This document shows, piece by piece, positions 1 to 9,740 of a DNA stretch of 64,000 bases. The DNA is taken from IMG/VR virus record IMGVR_UViG_2778261510_000005, one strand, 5' to 3'. The notes below the pieces were generated by a model that was not told where the DNA came from, ran no database searches, and saw only the letters and a program-made list of their open reading frames with translations. The stretch's first letter is position 1, and each line of letters begins with the position of its first letter. The position numbers and the translations under genes are program-made. Source of the DNA: a virus (Duplodnaviria > Heunggongvirae > Uroviricota > Caudoviricetes).

Positions 1-233
1 TATCGCTGGCCAAAGCCTTAGCGTAGGATTCCGCCCCCTCCCGCAAACGACCCCTATAATGGCAATGTGAATGTCTTCGTAGTTGACTAAAGCCACAACT
101 CAATTATAACAATTAATTATAGCAATGGTGGCTATTTTATTTATCGCGAATCACATTTTTTCTCTTCAGTACCTGTGTGCTATACTCCTTCTTGATTGAT
201 TGGATGCGGAATACAAACCCGCTCTTTTGTGCA

Positions 234-261
234 GCCTGGCTCCTTGCCAGGCTTTTTTTTA
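234..261 (+). terminator. Rho-independent terminator-like hairpin (GCCTGGC-loop-GCCAGGC) followed by T8
   Basis: Perfect 6-7 bp GC-rich stem directly followed by TTTTTTTT on the plus strand; preceded by a TGATTGATTGG motif at 195-206. Confidence 0.5.
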
Positions 262-570
262 TTTCATCATGGAAGCTGTTAACGCTTTGGACCTTGCTGA
301 ACTGATTGAGAGGACTTTGTCAACGTGCCCCAAAAATTCGCCAAACTCAGACATCACTTTAGCAAAACCGCGCCGTGCTTCTTCCTCGGTGGCGTTCATC
401 ACGAAATGTTCAGCACTACGCATACTTTTGACAGGGAACGCAACGGATATTGAGTCAATATCAGGCATCCTGTCGCTCAACTTTACAGTGACAATGACGG
501 CTGGCGACTGAATATTAGTGCTTACAGACAGCACTACATATTTTCCGTCGATGTTGAAATCCTTTCTCAT
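259..570 (-). CDS. Hypothetical protein downstream of cre (103 aa)
   Basis: ORF on same strand as cre, beginning 50 bp after the cre stop; the overlapping plus-strand ORF 200..511 looks less protein-like. No family recognised. Confidence 0.4.
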   Translation of the reverse strand: MRKDFNIDGKYVVLSVSTNIQSPAVIVTVKLSDRMPDIDSISVAFPVKSMRSAEHFVMNATEEEARRGFAKVMSEFGEFLGHVDKVLSISSARSKALTASMMK

Positions 571-586
571 ATGTCACCATAAATAT

Positions 587-603
587 CAATGAATTAGAGC
601 AAT
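587..603 (-). promoter_or_regulatory. Weak C1 operator-like site
   Basis: CAATGAATTAGAGCAAT; 3 mismatches to the reverse complement of the 17-bp C1 operator consensus. Confidence 0.3.
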
Positions 604-620
604 CATTTACGCGTTAATGG

Positions 621-1652
621 CTAATCGCCATCTTCCAGCAGGCGCACCATTGCCCCTGTTTCACTATCCAGGTTACGGATATAGTTCATGACAATATTTA
701 CGTTGGTCCAGCCACCAGCTTGCATGATCTCCGGTATTGAAACTCCGGCGCGGGCCATATCTCGCGCGGCTCCGACACGGGCACTGTGTCCAGACCAGGC
801 CAGGTATCTCTGACCAGAGTCATCCTTAGCGCCGTAAATCAATCGATGAGTTGCTTCAAAAATCCCTTCCAGGGCGCGAGTTGATAGCTGGCTGGTGGCA
901 GATGGCGCAGCTACGCCATTTTTTCTGACACGGCAAAACAAGTAGTTATTCGGATCATCAGCCACACCAGAGACAGAAATCCATCGCTCGACCAGTTTAG
1001 TTACCCCCAGGCTAAGTGCCTTCTCTACACCCGCGGTACTAACCAGCGTTTTCGTTCTGCCAATATGGATTAACATTCTCCCACCGTCTGTACGTGAGAT
1101 ATCTTTAACCCTGATCCTGGCAATTTCGGCTATACGTAACAGGGTGTTATAAGCGATCCCCAGAAATGCCAGATTACGTATATCCTGGCAGCGATCGCTA
1201 TTTTCCATGAGTGAACGAACCTGGTCGAAATCAGTGCGTTCGAACGCCAATGCCTGTTTTGCACGTTCACCGGCATCAACGTTTTCTTTTCGAATCCGCC
1301 GCATGACCAGTGAAACAGCATTGCTGTCACTTGGTCGTGGCAGCCCGGACCGACGATGAAGCATGTTTAGCTGGCCCAAATGTTGCTGGATAGTTTTTAC
1401 TGCCAGACCGCGCGCCTGAAGATATAGAAGATAATCGCGAACATCTTCAGGTTCTGCGGGAAACCATTTCCGGTTATTCAACTTGCACCATGCCGCCCAC
1501 GACCGGCAAACGGACAGAAGCATTTTCCAGGTATGCTCAGAAAACGCCTGGCGATCCCTGAACATGTCCATCAGGTTCTTGCGAACCTCATCACTCGTTG
1601 CATCGACCGGTAATGCAGGCAAATTTTGGTGTACGGTCAGTAAATTGGACAT
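621..1652 (-). CDS. cre: Cre site-specific tyrosine recombinase
   Basis: 343-aa translation begins MSNLLTVHQNLPALPVDATSDEVRKNLMDMFRDRQAFSEHTWKMLLSVCRSWAAWCKLNNRKWFPAEPEDVRDYLLYLQARGLAV and ends MVRLLEDGD, matching P1 Cre as I remember it; loxP lies about 420 bp upstream. Confidence 0.97.
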   Translation of the reverse strand: MSNLLTVHQNLPALPVDATSDEVRKNLMDMFRDRQAFSEHTWKMLLSVCRSWAAWCKLNNRKWFPAEPEDVRDYLLYLQARGLAVKTIQQHLGQLNMLHRRSGLPRPSDSNAVSLVMRRIRKENVDAGERAKQALAFERTDFDQVRSLMENSDRCQDIRNLAFLGIAYNTLLRIAEIARIRVKDISRTDGGRMLIHIGRTKTLVSTAGVEKALSLGVTKLVERWISVSGVADDPNNYLFCRVRKNGVAAPSATSQLSTRALEGIFEATHRLIYGAKDDSGQRYLAWSGHSARVGAARDMARAGVSIPEIMQAGGWTNVNIVMNYIRNLDSETGAMVRLLEDGD

Positions 1653-1659
1653 TTAACAC

Positions 1660-1881
1660 TCAGATGATGGTTTTAAGTAAAGTGTACAGGATCGGCTCTG
1701 CCTTTACCTGTTTATGGTTCTCGTCATAGAAACGCCAGCGACCGCGCGTGCGTTCTATTTTCTCTTCACCGAGCGATAATGACAGTTGGCAACTATCACG
1801 ATCAAACCCTTTTGCCCGCCAGTAACCACGGTTTTTCTCAAGCTCAAGATGAGTGGACACTTTAGCAGTTGAATATCCCAT
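1660..1881 (-). CDS. Hypothetical 73-aa protein between loxP and cre
   Basis: ORF with strong RBS (GAGGTG, 5-nt spacer, ATG) preceded by a CCAATCAATCA motif; may instead be cre leader sequence. No family recognised. Confidence 0.35.
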   Translation of the reverse strand: MGYSTAKVSTHLELEKNRGYWRAKGFDRDSCQLSLSLGEEKIERTRGRWRFYDENHKQVKAEPILYTLLKTII

Positions 1882-2070
1882 TTTTCACCTCTGATTGATT
1901 GGTGGTGCTAAGTGCGCTACGCGAAATCTGTAGGACTAACACCGTCAACTTTTCACAGATTTTACGTAGCGCAACCTTGATCAAATGATCAAGTGATCAC
2001 TATTTGACCTGCTAAGGTATTGAACTGTATGGATTTACAGGTAAATTGATCATATTCAATAACCCTTAAG

Positions 2071-2104
2071 ATAACTTCGTATAATGTATGCTATACGAAG
2101 TTAT
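2071..2104. other. loxP recombination site (13-bp inverted repeats flanking 8-bp spacer)
   Basis: Exact ATAACTTCGTATA-ATGTATGC-TATACGAAGTTAT. Confidence 0.98.
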
Positions 2105-2147
2105 CAGGTCCGAAGAGGAGTTTACGTCCAGCTGCGCACAAAAATCA

Positions 2148-2164
2148 AGAATTATTAGAGCAAT
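2148..2164 (-). promoter_or_regulatory. C1 operator (immC region)
   Basis: AGAATTATTAGAGCAAT; 2 mismatches to the operator consensus, reverse orientation. Confidence 0.6.
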
Positions 2165-2230
2165 AAGTTTTGAGAGAAAAATCCCACTCCACCAGCTAAA
2201 AACTGGATTGTTTTTCATAGTTGTTTGACA

Positions 2231-2247
2231 ATTGCTCTAATAAATTA
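2231..2247 (+). promoter_or_regulatory. C1 operator overlapping a promoter upstream of coi-c1
   Basis: ATTGCTCTAATAAATTA, 16/17 match to ATTGCTCTAATAAATTT, immediately after a TTGACA -35-like hexamer at 2225-2230. Confidence 0.75.
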
Positions 2248-2485
2248 TAGTTTTGCCGCCGTTTCGTAATACGACTTTGGATTCACTATTTAATGTGTCT
2301 TCAGCGTTGTAGAGCGGCTCAGAAGGAAATGAGCAAACAGGGAAACCTTATACAACGGCATTACAGCTATGCATTGCTCATCTTACACACAGCGCAATGT
2401 TGTTAGATTACCCCAGCATGGATCATGGGTGAAACAGTAGGTCAGAGCTTCAGGCTCTGTGTTGTCAATACAGTGAGGCATAATT

Positions 2486-2695
2486 ATGGCTTTCATTCAA
2501 CCAACCATCGACGACGTTAGACATTGCTCTAACGCTTTATCTGTAGACCCTGCCGAAACCGACGCTGCCCGCGCCATTGCTGAACACTACTCAAAGATAT
2601 CCAATCAGGAGTACCGCATCACCCAAGACGACCTGGATGACCTCACTGACACAATCGAATATCTCATGGCAACTAACCAGTTAGACTCACAATAA
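2486..2695 (+). CDS. coi: Coi, C1 inactivator
   Basis: 69-aa ORF immediately upstream of c1 on the same strand, the size and position of P1 coi. Confidence 0.8.
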   Translation: MAFIQPTIDDVRHCSNALSVDPAETDAARAIAEHYSKISNQEYRITQDDLDDLTDTIEYLMATNQLDSQ

Positions 2696-2805
2696 ATGCA
2701 CTAATAAATCTATTATTTTTGTTTGATCCCTCTATAATATAGGTCAGTAATGACCGGTTTTCTCAGCCGGGCGTTATTGACCATGTCAATTCTGGAGGAG
2801 GATCA

Positions 2806-3657
2806 ATGATAAATTATGTCTACGGCGAACAACTGTACCAGGAGTTCGTCAGCTTCAGGGATCTCTTTCTAAAAAAAGCTGTTGCACGCGCCCAACACGT
2901 TGATGCCGCCAGCGACGGTCGTCCTGTACGCCCGGTTGTCGTTCTACCGTTCAAAGAAACAGACAGCATTCAGGCTGAAATTGATAAATGGACTTTAATG
3001 GCGCGGGAACTGGAACAGTACCCAGACCTCAATATCCCAAAGACTATTTTATATCCTGTGCCTAACATCCTTCGCGGTGTGCGTAAGGTTACGACTTATC
3101 AGACAGAAGCTGTGAACAGCGTCAACATGACCGCTGGCCGCATTATTCATCTGATTGATAAGGATATTCGCATCCAAAAAAGCGCGGGGATCAATGAGCA
3201 CAGTGCGAAATACATAGAGAACCTGGAAGCAACAAAAGAGCTAATGAAGCAGTACCCAGAGGATGAAAAATTCCGTATGCGCGTACACGGCTTTAGCGAA
3301 ACAATGCTGCGCGTCCACTACATTTCCAGTAGCCCTAACTACAATGATGGTAAATCAGTTAGTTACCATGTGCCACTGTGTGGCGTGTTTATCTGCGATG
3401 AAACTCTCCGTGATGGAATTATCATCAACGGTGAATTCGAAAAAGCAAAATTTAGCCTTTATGACTCCATAGAACCGATCATCTGCGACCGCTGGCCGCA
3501 AGCAAAAATATATCGCCTGGCAGATATTGAAAATGTAAAAAAACAAATTGCCATCACTCGCGAAGAGAAAAAGGTTAAGTCAGCCGCATCAGTTACGCGC
3601 AGCCGTAAAACCAAGAAGGGGCAGCCAGTAAACGACAACCCCGAAAGCGCGCAATAA
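2806..3657 (+). CDS. c1: C1 master repressor of lysogeny
   Basis: 283-aa protein starting MINYVYGEQLYQEFVSFRDLFLKKAVARAQHVDA, matching P1 C1 in length and sequence as I remember it; cognate operators are scattered through the window. Confidence 0.93.
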   Translation: MINYVYGEQLYQEFVSFRDLFLKKAVARAQHVDAASDGRPVRPVVVLPFKETDSIQAEIDKWTLMARELEQYPDLNIPKTILYPVPNILRGVRKVTTYQTEAVNSVNMTAGRIIHLIDKDIRIQKSAGINEHSAKYIENLEATKELMKQYPEDEKFRMRVHGFSETMLRVHYISSSPNYNDGKSVSYHVPLCGVFICDETLRDGIIINGEFEKAKFSLYDSIEPIICDRWPQAKIYRLADIENVKKQIAITREEKKVKSAASVTRSRKTKKGQPVNDNPESAQ

Positions 3658-3689
3658 ATTATGCCCGGCATCAACCGGGCATTCTTCCA

Positions 3690-4808
3690 TTATTCAGCCG
3701 CCACCGGTTTTAACAAGCCAGCATCGAGCAGTTTACGCGTCAACCACTGCTGGCCTTTACCCGTTAATTGGGGCGTCAGCCGTATCTGGTAGCCATCTTC
3801 ATCATCCAGCACCACTTCTTTCACCGTGAAATACCCCGCGTTGATGTACTGCTGGAACGGCGCATTTTTACGTCCACCGGACGCTATCAGGATGCCGTTC
3901 TCCCGTAACCAGACAAACAGCGCGTTTTGCTTAAGTCCAACAACCTTTGCAAAATTCCCAATCAGGATCCCTTTAGCTACTGATACCCGGTCGGCAAAAT
4001 CGACTTTAAGAGCGGCGGCCACCAGCTGCTGATTTAGCTGGTGGGCTTTCTGTTCCAGAAGTTGCTTTTGTTCAGCCAGTTCGGCAGCCAGGCGTAGGGC
4101 TTCAGGAAGCGTCTGGGGGATTGCGATCGGTTGCTGTTCTTTTTGTCGGAAGTAGCTGTCTTCCAGTTTTTCAAAGAATGCCCATGCCTGATCGGTTTCG
4201 AGCATTTTAGCGTGGCGGGCTGCGCCGCGTTCTGTCCAGAGGGTGAGTGAGCGAACATTGCGAGCAATTTTTACAGAGTAGTTTAAAGCTACTCTGTGCT
4301 TCAACTCGCGCAATGATTCTCCTTCAACTTTGAAAAAGTGCTTCCCTTCAACAAAGCGTACTTTGTTCTCATGATGATTTTGGCGAATACGGATTGTTTC
4401 TGTCCCATACCCTCTAGCAAGAGTCTCGGTTGTCACTACACGCACTCCCTGCCATTCCAGAACGGGAATTTCATCAGACTGATTCTGAACAACCACCAGC
4501 TCCGATTCCTGAACTGAAGGTGCATGAATTTTTTCTAATTTAACGTTATTTGCTTTCATTCTGTGTGCCTCCTTGCGTGCTTCGGCTGCGACGGTTGCGT
4601 AATTCAGATGCCCCTGTTCGAGCAGGTATTCGCGGATATCAGACAACAGGATACGGTGAACCGCGTGTTTGTCCTTTCTCCGGTAAAGTTGTTTGGTGAT
4701 CATGAAGTAGTTGGCAATAACGCCTGGTATATCCCTGGTACTGATACAGGCAGTGTGCTGTTCAATTGCCTCGATCATCTCTTCACGGGTGACTAATGAC
4801 GTTCTCAT
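3690..4808 (-). CDS. Antirepressor-like protein, second Ant paralog (372 aa)
   Basis: N-terminus and C-terminal domain (IPQTLPEALRLAAELAEQK...GKGQQWL..KLLDAGLLKPVA) are paralogous to Ant at 51394..52431; about 400 bp is near-identical at nucleotide level. Start overlaps the stop of the upstream icd-like ORF. Confidence 0.75.
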   Translation of the reverse strand: MRTSLVTREEMIEAIEQHTACISTRDIPGVIANYFMITKQLYRRKDKHAVHRILLSDIREYLLEQGHLNYATVAAEARKEAHRMKANNVKLEKIHAPSVQESELVVVQNQSDEIPVLEWQGVRVVTTETLARGYGTETIRIRQNHHENKVRFVEGKHFFKVEGESLRELKHRVALNYSVKIARNVRSLTLWTERGAARHAKMLETDQAWAFFEKLEDSYFRQKEQQPIAIPQTLPEALRLAAELAEQKQLLEQKAHQLNQQLVAAALKVDFADRVSVAKGILIGNFAKVVGLKQNALFVWLRENGILIASGGRKNAPFQQYINAGYFTVKEVVLDDEDGYQIRLTPQLTGKGQQWLTRKLLDAGLLKPVAAE

Positions 4809-5026
4809 AGTCCCTCCTGAGCCGAAGCGTTAACAGGGAGGCACCAGTAACTGAGAGAATTGCGCGAATCGGTAGAAAAGCGGGCAGAGAAAATACAGGG
4901 AGCATCCGGAAGCTGAGAACGCGCCTCATCTTCTGTTGGTGCGATAACGAAGTGATAGTGACGTTTTTGGCAGGAGTAAAAGCGCCAGATAAATTCAGGA
5001 TGAGTTGGGGTAGGGATAGTAGCCAT
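4805..5026 (-). CDS. Icd-like small protein (73 aa) of a second immI-type cassette
   Basis: Internal ATG at 5026 with AAGGAGG RBS; MATIPTPTHPEFIWRFYSCQKRHYHFVIAPTEDEARSQLPDAPCIFSARFS parallels Icd at 52428..52649; same 4-nt overlap with the downstream ant. Confidence 0.55.
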   Translation of the reverse strand: MATIPTPTHPEFIWRFYSCQKRHYHFVIAPTEDEARSQLPDAPCIFSARFSTDSRNSLSYWCLPVNASAQEGL

Positions 5027-5190
5027 ATTGGCAGCCTCCTTAGACGTTGGTATGTAACCACCGCAGAAGAGACCAATCTTGCTGGCGGTGGACTGTACGG
5101 AGTTGGCCTTACTGGCGTCCAAGGTAACCAGCCTACCCGAAGGTAGCCCCATACAGCCCACCATTGTAGAGGTGTGCGTGTACGCCGATA

Positions 5191-5216
5191 CAAAAAAAAA
5201 GACGCGAGCGGCGTCT
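5191..5216 (-). terminator. Intrinsic terminator on the minus strand within the leader of the second icd/ant cassette
   Basis: AGACGC-GAGCG-GCGTCT hairpin followed, on the minus strand, by a U9 tract (plus-strand A9 at 5192-5200). Confidence 0.55.
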
Positions 5217-5340
5217 GTATCGCCTTAGACTTAAGCGGGAGGCCAATCCCGGCACCCGTTTTAATGAGGTGCCTGATAAGCATAAACCGAAAATGCCTCA
5301 AGGCGCAAGAGGTCAGGCTCAATGTAACATCGGTAGTTAA
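5217..5340 (-). ncRNA. Candidate c4-like antisense/leader RNA of the second immI-type cassette
   Basis: Lies between a C1 operator (5346-5362) and a terminator (5191-5216), upstream of the icd-like RBS; carries a second copy (5221-5229) of the RBS-region sequence CCTTAGAC (5038-5045), as in the P1 c4 decoy/target layout. Boundaries are guesses. Confidence 0.3.
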
Positions 5341-5345
5341 AAAAC

Positions 5346-5362
5346 ACAATTTATTAGAGCAA
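5346..5362 (-). promoter_or_regulatory. C1 operator upstream of the second icd/ant cassette
   Basis: CAATTTATTAGAGCAAA; 2 mismatches to the operator consensus. Confidence 0.65.
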
Positions 5363-5366
5363 ATAT

Positions 5367-6851
5367 TCATTCATTAAGCCATGCCAGAGCTTCATCAACC
5401 TGCGCTTCGTCTTCGACGCTAAGCACTTCATCCTGGGGAACATAATCCGCCAGCATAGCGAAACAATATGTATCCCAATGGTCTGGTGAGTGCAGGTTGA
5501 GTTTTTTCTTCATATCCTCCTTACTCATCACCTTCCATTGACCTGCGGAGTTAATCCCTACAGGGATTTTCGACGCTTCCTCAATAGTTTCATTACCCTT
5601 ATCCAGTCTCATACGACCAGATTTTACGGCCTCTGCGGCTTGAACGTTGGCATAAGCACGTTTATCAAAGTACAGGCTCTTATCTTCACGGCTATGCATC
5701 TTTTTACCCCAGCGTATACGCTGTACGGTAATACCATAATACTCGTACATCAGATCCGCCGTTGCTTTACCCAGGCCATCGCCGTCTATCGCTATGGTGA
5801 TATTTGGGAATCGCTCAGGATTACATTCTGCGAAAATTTTGGCGGCAAGCTGCGTTTCTGTAACGTCTGTGTATTCCAGCATTCGATAGTTGATTACACG
5901 GCGTTTATTTCGCTGGCCGGACACCATCATGATATTGATAACGGACTTATCCCGTCCCGTACCACCAGCAACGTCCACACATGCAAGCCAGCCCCATCCT
6001 TTGGCAATCTTGACTTTCCGCCGCGTTGCACGTTCAACCTCATCACGTCCAAGAAGGAAGCCATCCTGTGATTTAGGGAATAGGCCGCGTACCTTAATCA
6101 TGTACATAGGGTTATCACGCCCGCCGTACTCCGCCAGCTTCATTTTGATAAATGCTGGCGTTACCAACGGTGATTCCTCACTGTTAAGCGTGATCGCCGT
6201 ATAAACGCCATCAGGGTTACCAGGACGCTTGGCCAGTTTATGGTGAGTATCGTAGAAATAGCCGCTTGGGCGTGTAGGCTGTGACAGTAATAAGATGCGG
6301 TTATCCTGTCCGGTAAGAGCACCAGTGATGATACCGAAAGCTCTATCACTGACACCGGAGGCTTCATCGATAATATACAGAAGATGATCTGCGTGTTCAC
6401 CGGCGAGAGCTTCTTCACTTCCCAGACGAAAGCCCTTCGGTACTACAGTCCATACACCTTTACCAGTAACCTCATAGAAAGCGGTTTCTGTCAGAACAAA
6501 ATAATCAGCAAGCCATGGAAAACGGCTGGTGGCAGTAGCCCAGTTTATCTTGATGTACTTGAATATACCGGTCATTACCTGCTGAATTTTGTTCGCAACG
6601 ATAATGGCGCGGGCACCGGGATACATGATTATGAACAACATGATCATGATAGAAGTCATGTCTGATTTCCCGGTACCGTGACCAGACGAAACAGATGTCT
6701 TGCTACCCTGTTCCTGCACAGACTCAATAATCAGATCCTGCTGCCAGGTAGGTGTTTTGCCGAACAAAACATCAGCGGCAGCAATCCAGTCATAACGATA
6801 TAGCGCCACCAGCTCGCGCCAACGTGGATCCGTTACGCAACTTCTGGCCAT
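5367..6851 (-). CDS. pacB: Terminase large subunit PacB
   Basis: 494-aa protein directly downstream of pacA and overlapping its stop; size and position match P1 PacB. Confidence 0.85.
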   Translation of the reverse strand: MARSCVTDPRWRELVALYRYDWIAAADVLFGKTPTWQQDLIIESVQEQGSKTSVSSGHGTGKSDMTSIMIMLFIIMYPGARAIIVANKIQQVMTGIFKYIKINWATATSRFPWLADYFVLTETAFYEVTGKGVWTVVPKGFRLGSEEALAGEHADHLLYIIDEASGVSDRAFGIITGALTGQDNRILLLSQPTRPSGYFYDTHHKLAKRPGNPDGVYTAITLNSEESPLVTPAFIKMKLAEYGGRDNPMYMIKVRGLFPKSQDGFLLGRDEVERATRRKVKIAKGWGWLACVDVAGGTGRDKSVINIMMVSGQRNKRRVINYRMLEYTDVTETQLAAKIFAECNPERFPNITIAIDGDGLGKATADLMYEYYGITVQRIRWGKKMHSREDKSLYFDKRAYANVQAAEAVKSGRMRLDKGNETIEEASKIPVGINSAGQWKVMSKEDMKKKLNLHSPDHWDTYCFAMLADYVPQDEVLSVEDEAQVDEALAWLNE

Positions 6852-8044
6852 TAATCATCATCCCCGTATAGCTTGCGGGTAACTTCTTCGTCTTCCTCCT
6901 CGTCTTCGTCCAGGTCTTGTTCCAGCCATGGGTCGTTTGATACACCTTCAGTATCAACATCTCCATAACCGCCTGTATCAACGATATCGGCGATTTCTTC
7001 CCTACGCTGCTCAATCCACAATGCGGCATCGGCGCGGCGGTTGGCGGCCCGTTCTCGCGCAACTTTGTCCAGATCTTCAAGAGAAGGGCCACCGACGGCT
7101 GTTTGCCTTTCCTCATCATCGGTATTGGTCTTAGGAGCACGCAGATCGGCTTTGATTTGCTCCAGCATCAGGGGCGGCACTTTCCCGCCATGCGCCTCGA
7201 TGAATTCAGCTGCTTCCAGCACTGACCAGTTATTTTCACGCTTTCGTTCGTATGCCAGCTTAACAATGCCAGCTTGCCCCATAGACAAAGCGTGCTTTTC
7301 CGCCTCCCGGCTTTCTTTTCGATAGTTATTCCGGATGCTGTAAATGGTGTTGATCAGGCTGCTTATCTGCGCGGAACAGCTGTTTAGCATGCTCGCGATA
7401 CGGTATTCAGGCGGAGTACCTTCATCATCGTCTTTTTGCTGATCGCGCATTTCCTGCACCAGGCGAATACACGTATCCCTGGCGTTCTCCAGCATAAGGA
7501 GGTGAGAAAGAGACTTTTCAAGAAGAGTGGTTTCCAGAACATCGGCCCCGGACCGACGCAACATAGCGCGCGCGGCCTTCCGCGCTTCAACGTTATCTAT
7601 CAGGTAATCGCCAGCTTCGAATTCAAAGCGTTCACCATCATCATCCAGGGTGTCGCGTTCCAGGCGATCACGTAAGGTCCGGTGGGCGCGGGTGATCACG
7701 TCATGATCATCTGAACGATCATTTATGCGCTTATTTTGGCGCTTCGCATTCTCGACTGCAGCACTGACAACGGCATTAACTCTCTGTTTTTCCGCTATTT
7801 CAGCCGCAATATGATCACCTGCATGTTGATCATTAGAGTGATCAATGATCATGCTTTTTAGTGGCTTCCTGACTGGCTTATTTGGCTTGCGGCTGTCCGC
7901 AGTCCTGGTGTCTTCTTTGAAGGCACGGAGATAACGACGTGCGGTATTAGGGTTAAGATTAAACTCGGCGGCATACTGTGCGATGGTGTAACCACCATCT
8001 CGCGCCAGGCGAGCAAAATTCTTCTTGTGATCGTCCCAGGTCAC
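6851..8044 (-). CDS. pacA: Terminase small subunit PacA (contains the pac site)
   Basis: 397-aa protein; N-terminus [39 protein letters not shown]; the coding sequence contains clustered TGATCA hexamers typical of P1 pac. Confidence 0.88.
   Translation of the reverse strand: MTWDDHKKNFARLARDGGYTIAQYAAEFNLNPNTARRYLRAFKEDTRTADSRKPNKPVRKPLKSMIIDHSNDQHAGDHIAAEIAEKQRVNAVVSAAVENAKRQNKRINDRSDDHDVITRAHRTLRDRLERDTLDDDGERFEFEAGDYLIDNVEARKAARAMLRRSGADVLETTLLEKSLSHLLMLENARDTCIRLVQEMRDQQKDDDEGTPPEYRIASMLNSCSAQISSLINTIYSIRNNYRKESREAEKHALSMGQAGIVKLAYERKRENNWSVLEAAEFIEAHGGKVPPLMLEQIKADLRAPKTNTDDEERQTAVGGPSLEDLDKVARERAANRRADAALWIEQRREEIADIVDTGGYGDVDTEGVSNDPWLEQDLDEDEEEDEEVTRKLYGDDD
7690..7855. other. pac packaging site (two clusters of TGATCA hexamers with Dam GATC sites)
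   Basis: TGATCA at 7693, 7704 (plus GATC 7717) and at 7812, 7827, 7839, 7846, about 100 bp apart inside pacA. Confidence 0.75.
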
Positions 8045-8129
8045 TTATGCTTCCTTTCGTAAAAACTCTTTTTGACGCGAGGGTAACGAAAGTCACATGT
8101 CAAAAGGCCCGGAACGGGCAAGCAATCAA

Positions 8130-8582
8130 TCAGATACGTGCGGATGTGGCATTACCGTAATGACGGTGCTGACGGGCCACCTTATTGAAAAGTTGACGCG
8201 CCATTACCCAAGGCAGGTGCTCCCGGCGTTCCTTTTCGTCCTGCGTCATATAGAGTTCGTTCTGGAGTTTTTCATCAAACCGGCGCGGAGCGCGGCTGCG
8301 GCGAAAGAATTCAGGATTCAGAGAGTGGATCTGAAATCTACGTGGGCGTGTACTGTCATCAATCAAAACAGACGAATACTTAGACACAGCGATAGCCTTT
8401 AAGCGCAGATAAACATCGCGCTTATCGACATCCAGATGCGGGTATTCCTTTTCAAGGATTGCTGCGAGTTCTTTCGCTGATAGAAGAGATTTAGTGCGAA
8501 TCATGTAATCCGCAATCTCATACGATGTAATTCGTGAGTGATTTATTTCCATGAAGTGGCGTCCCTGCCAGTTAAGTAACAT
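8130..8582 (-). CDS. lpa: Putative late promoter activator (Lpa/gp10-like), 150 aa
   Basis: Assigned by size and position immediately upstream of pacA, as I remember for P1; not recognised by sequence. Confidence 0.5.
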   Translation of the reverse strand: MLLNWQGRHFMEINHSRITSYEIADYMIRTKSLLSAKELAAILEKEYPHLDVDKRDVYLRLKAIAVSKYSSVLIDDSTRPRRFQIHSLNPEFFRRSRAPRRFDEKLQNELYMTQDEKERREHLPWVMARQLFNKVARQHRHYGNATSARI

Positions 8583-8670
8583 CCTGTCACCTACTGATTA
8601 GCCCATGTCAACTAATCAACGACGAATATAATACCCTAGATTAAAGAAATAGCAATACATCAGAGCAATT

Positions 8671-9714
8671 TTATCTAACGCTCGACGAGTGACTTGTGAT
8701 AGCGCCGACTCCAAGCGCGTAATCAAAGAACAATCGTTGATGCATCGCCAGCCTGCCGTGCGTCTTCTCCCAATTATCGCGGTCACGCTCAATATCACGC
8801 TGGCATGACTGGCACAGAGGAATTGCGTAAATGTCATGCGCGCATAATCGACTATGACGAACGATATAAGGCGTAATGTGAGCGCCAGCTCCCGCCGCTC
8901 CACACCCACAGCATGGACGGGAAGCAACAAAGTCCATGTACTCAGGTAATTTTAGCGATTGCAGTTTTGGTATTTTGAAATGCGCCATGCCAGGGTCGGA
9001 GTCAACATCCACAGGGCATACTTTTGCACGCATCGGCGCGGCGCGTTCTTCCATCATCTGAACATATGCTGTAGCGCGATCGTCATACGGGCGAATATCC
9101 GCCTCTTTCAGAGGTCCGCTATCCTGCGTTGCGGCTTTCATCTTATTTATTGATATACGGCAGACTTCTTCCGGCATCAGGTGCATCATGTTGCGCATGA
9201 AAGCCCACCAGCACAGCTCCTGAATACTTAAATCATGGCTATTTGAAAGGCCCATTTCCTGACGGGCGACATCCAGTATCCAGTTAACGCGATTATTGTG
9301 CAGCGTTTCTTTCAGCTCATTAAAACCACGCATCCGGTAATGGTTATCGTGATGCCAGCACAACAACACCGCGCTATTGTCTCGTTCAGCGTGGACAATA
9401 TGGTTGTCACACCAACTACGATCTGCGGCCTGGCATTGCCCCTCTTTCCTACGCAACCACGCCACCAGCGCGTCAATTCCACCAATACGGCGAAACAGTT
9501 CATCGCTGTTAAAAAACGGCTGCAACGCCTCATTTGTTGCCATGGTTTGCTCGGAAACAACGAGGCCGTCGTCCATGTGCTCGATTAACTCACGCGGCAC
9601 CGGCTCCATAATAAATTTACGGCCAGCCTCCACCAGCTTTCTGACTTCCTGATCCACTTTGAATGTGGCGACGCCAAGCTCTTTTTGTACAAAGGGAGTA
9701 ATTACGGCTTTCAC
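8671..9714 (-). CDS. Hypothetical cysteine-rich protein (347 aa), possible Zn-binding C-terminal motif
   Basis: C-terminus [42 protein letters not shown]; RBS AAAGGTG preceded by CCAATCA. Confidence 0.6.
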   Translation of the reverse strand: MKAVITPFVQKELGVATFKVDQEVRKLVEAGRKFIMEPVPRELIEHMDDGLVVSEQTMATNEALQPFFNSDELFRRIGGIDALVAWLRRKEGQCQAADRSWCDNHIVHAERDNSAVLLCWHHDNHYRMRGFNELKETLHNNRVNWILDVARQEMGLSNSHDLSIQELCWWAFMRNMMHLMPEEVCRISINKMKAATQDSGPLKEADIRPYDDRATAYVQMMEERAAPMRAKVCPVDVDSDPGMAHFKIPKLQSLKLPEYMDFVASRPCCGCGAAGAGAHITPYIVRHSRLCAHDIYAIPLCQSCQRDIERDRDNWEKTHGRLAMHQRLFFDYALGVGAITSHSSSVR

Positions 9715-9740
9715 ATCACACCTTTCATCACTGATTGGGT

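Noticed and set aside
200-511. Plus-strand 103-aa ORF overlapping the minus-strand ORF 259..570
   Set aside because: Antisense overlap with a better-placed ORF directly downstream of cre; the region more likely holds a small RNA plus terminator on the plus strand; composition does not look protein-like.
621-1652. Cre as evidence of an integrase or integrated prophage
   Set aside because: Cre/loxP in P1-type elements resolves plasmid dimers and cyclises infecting DNA; no attachment site or host flanking sequence is visible, so I call the element a plasmid-prophage.
4783-5370. 195-aa minus-strand ORF spanning the icd-like gene, a terminator hairpin and a C1 operator
   Set aside because: Runs through obvious regulatory elements and overlaps the better-supported icd-like frame; Arg/Leu/Pro-rich translation typical of an off-frame artefact.
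8583-8670. Possible C1 operator upstream of the lpa-like gene
   Set aside because: Best candidate (ACATCAGAGCAAT) has 3 core mismatches; too degenerate to call without binding data.
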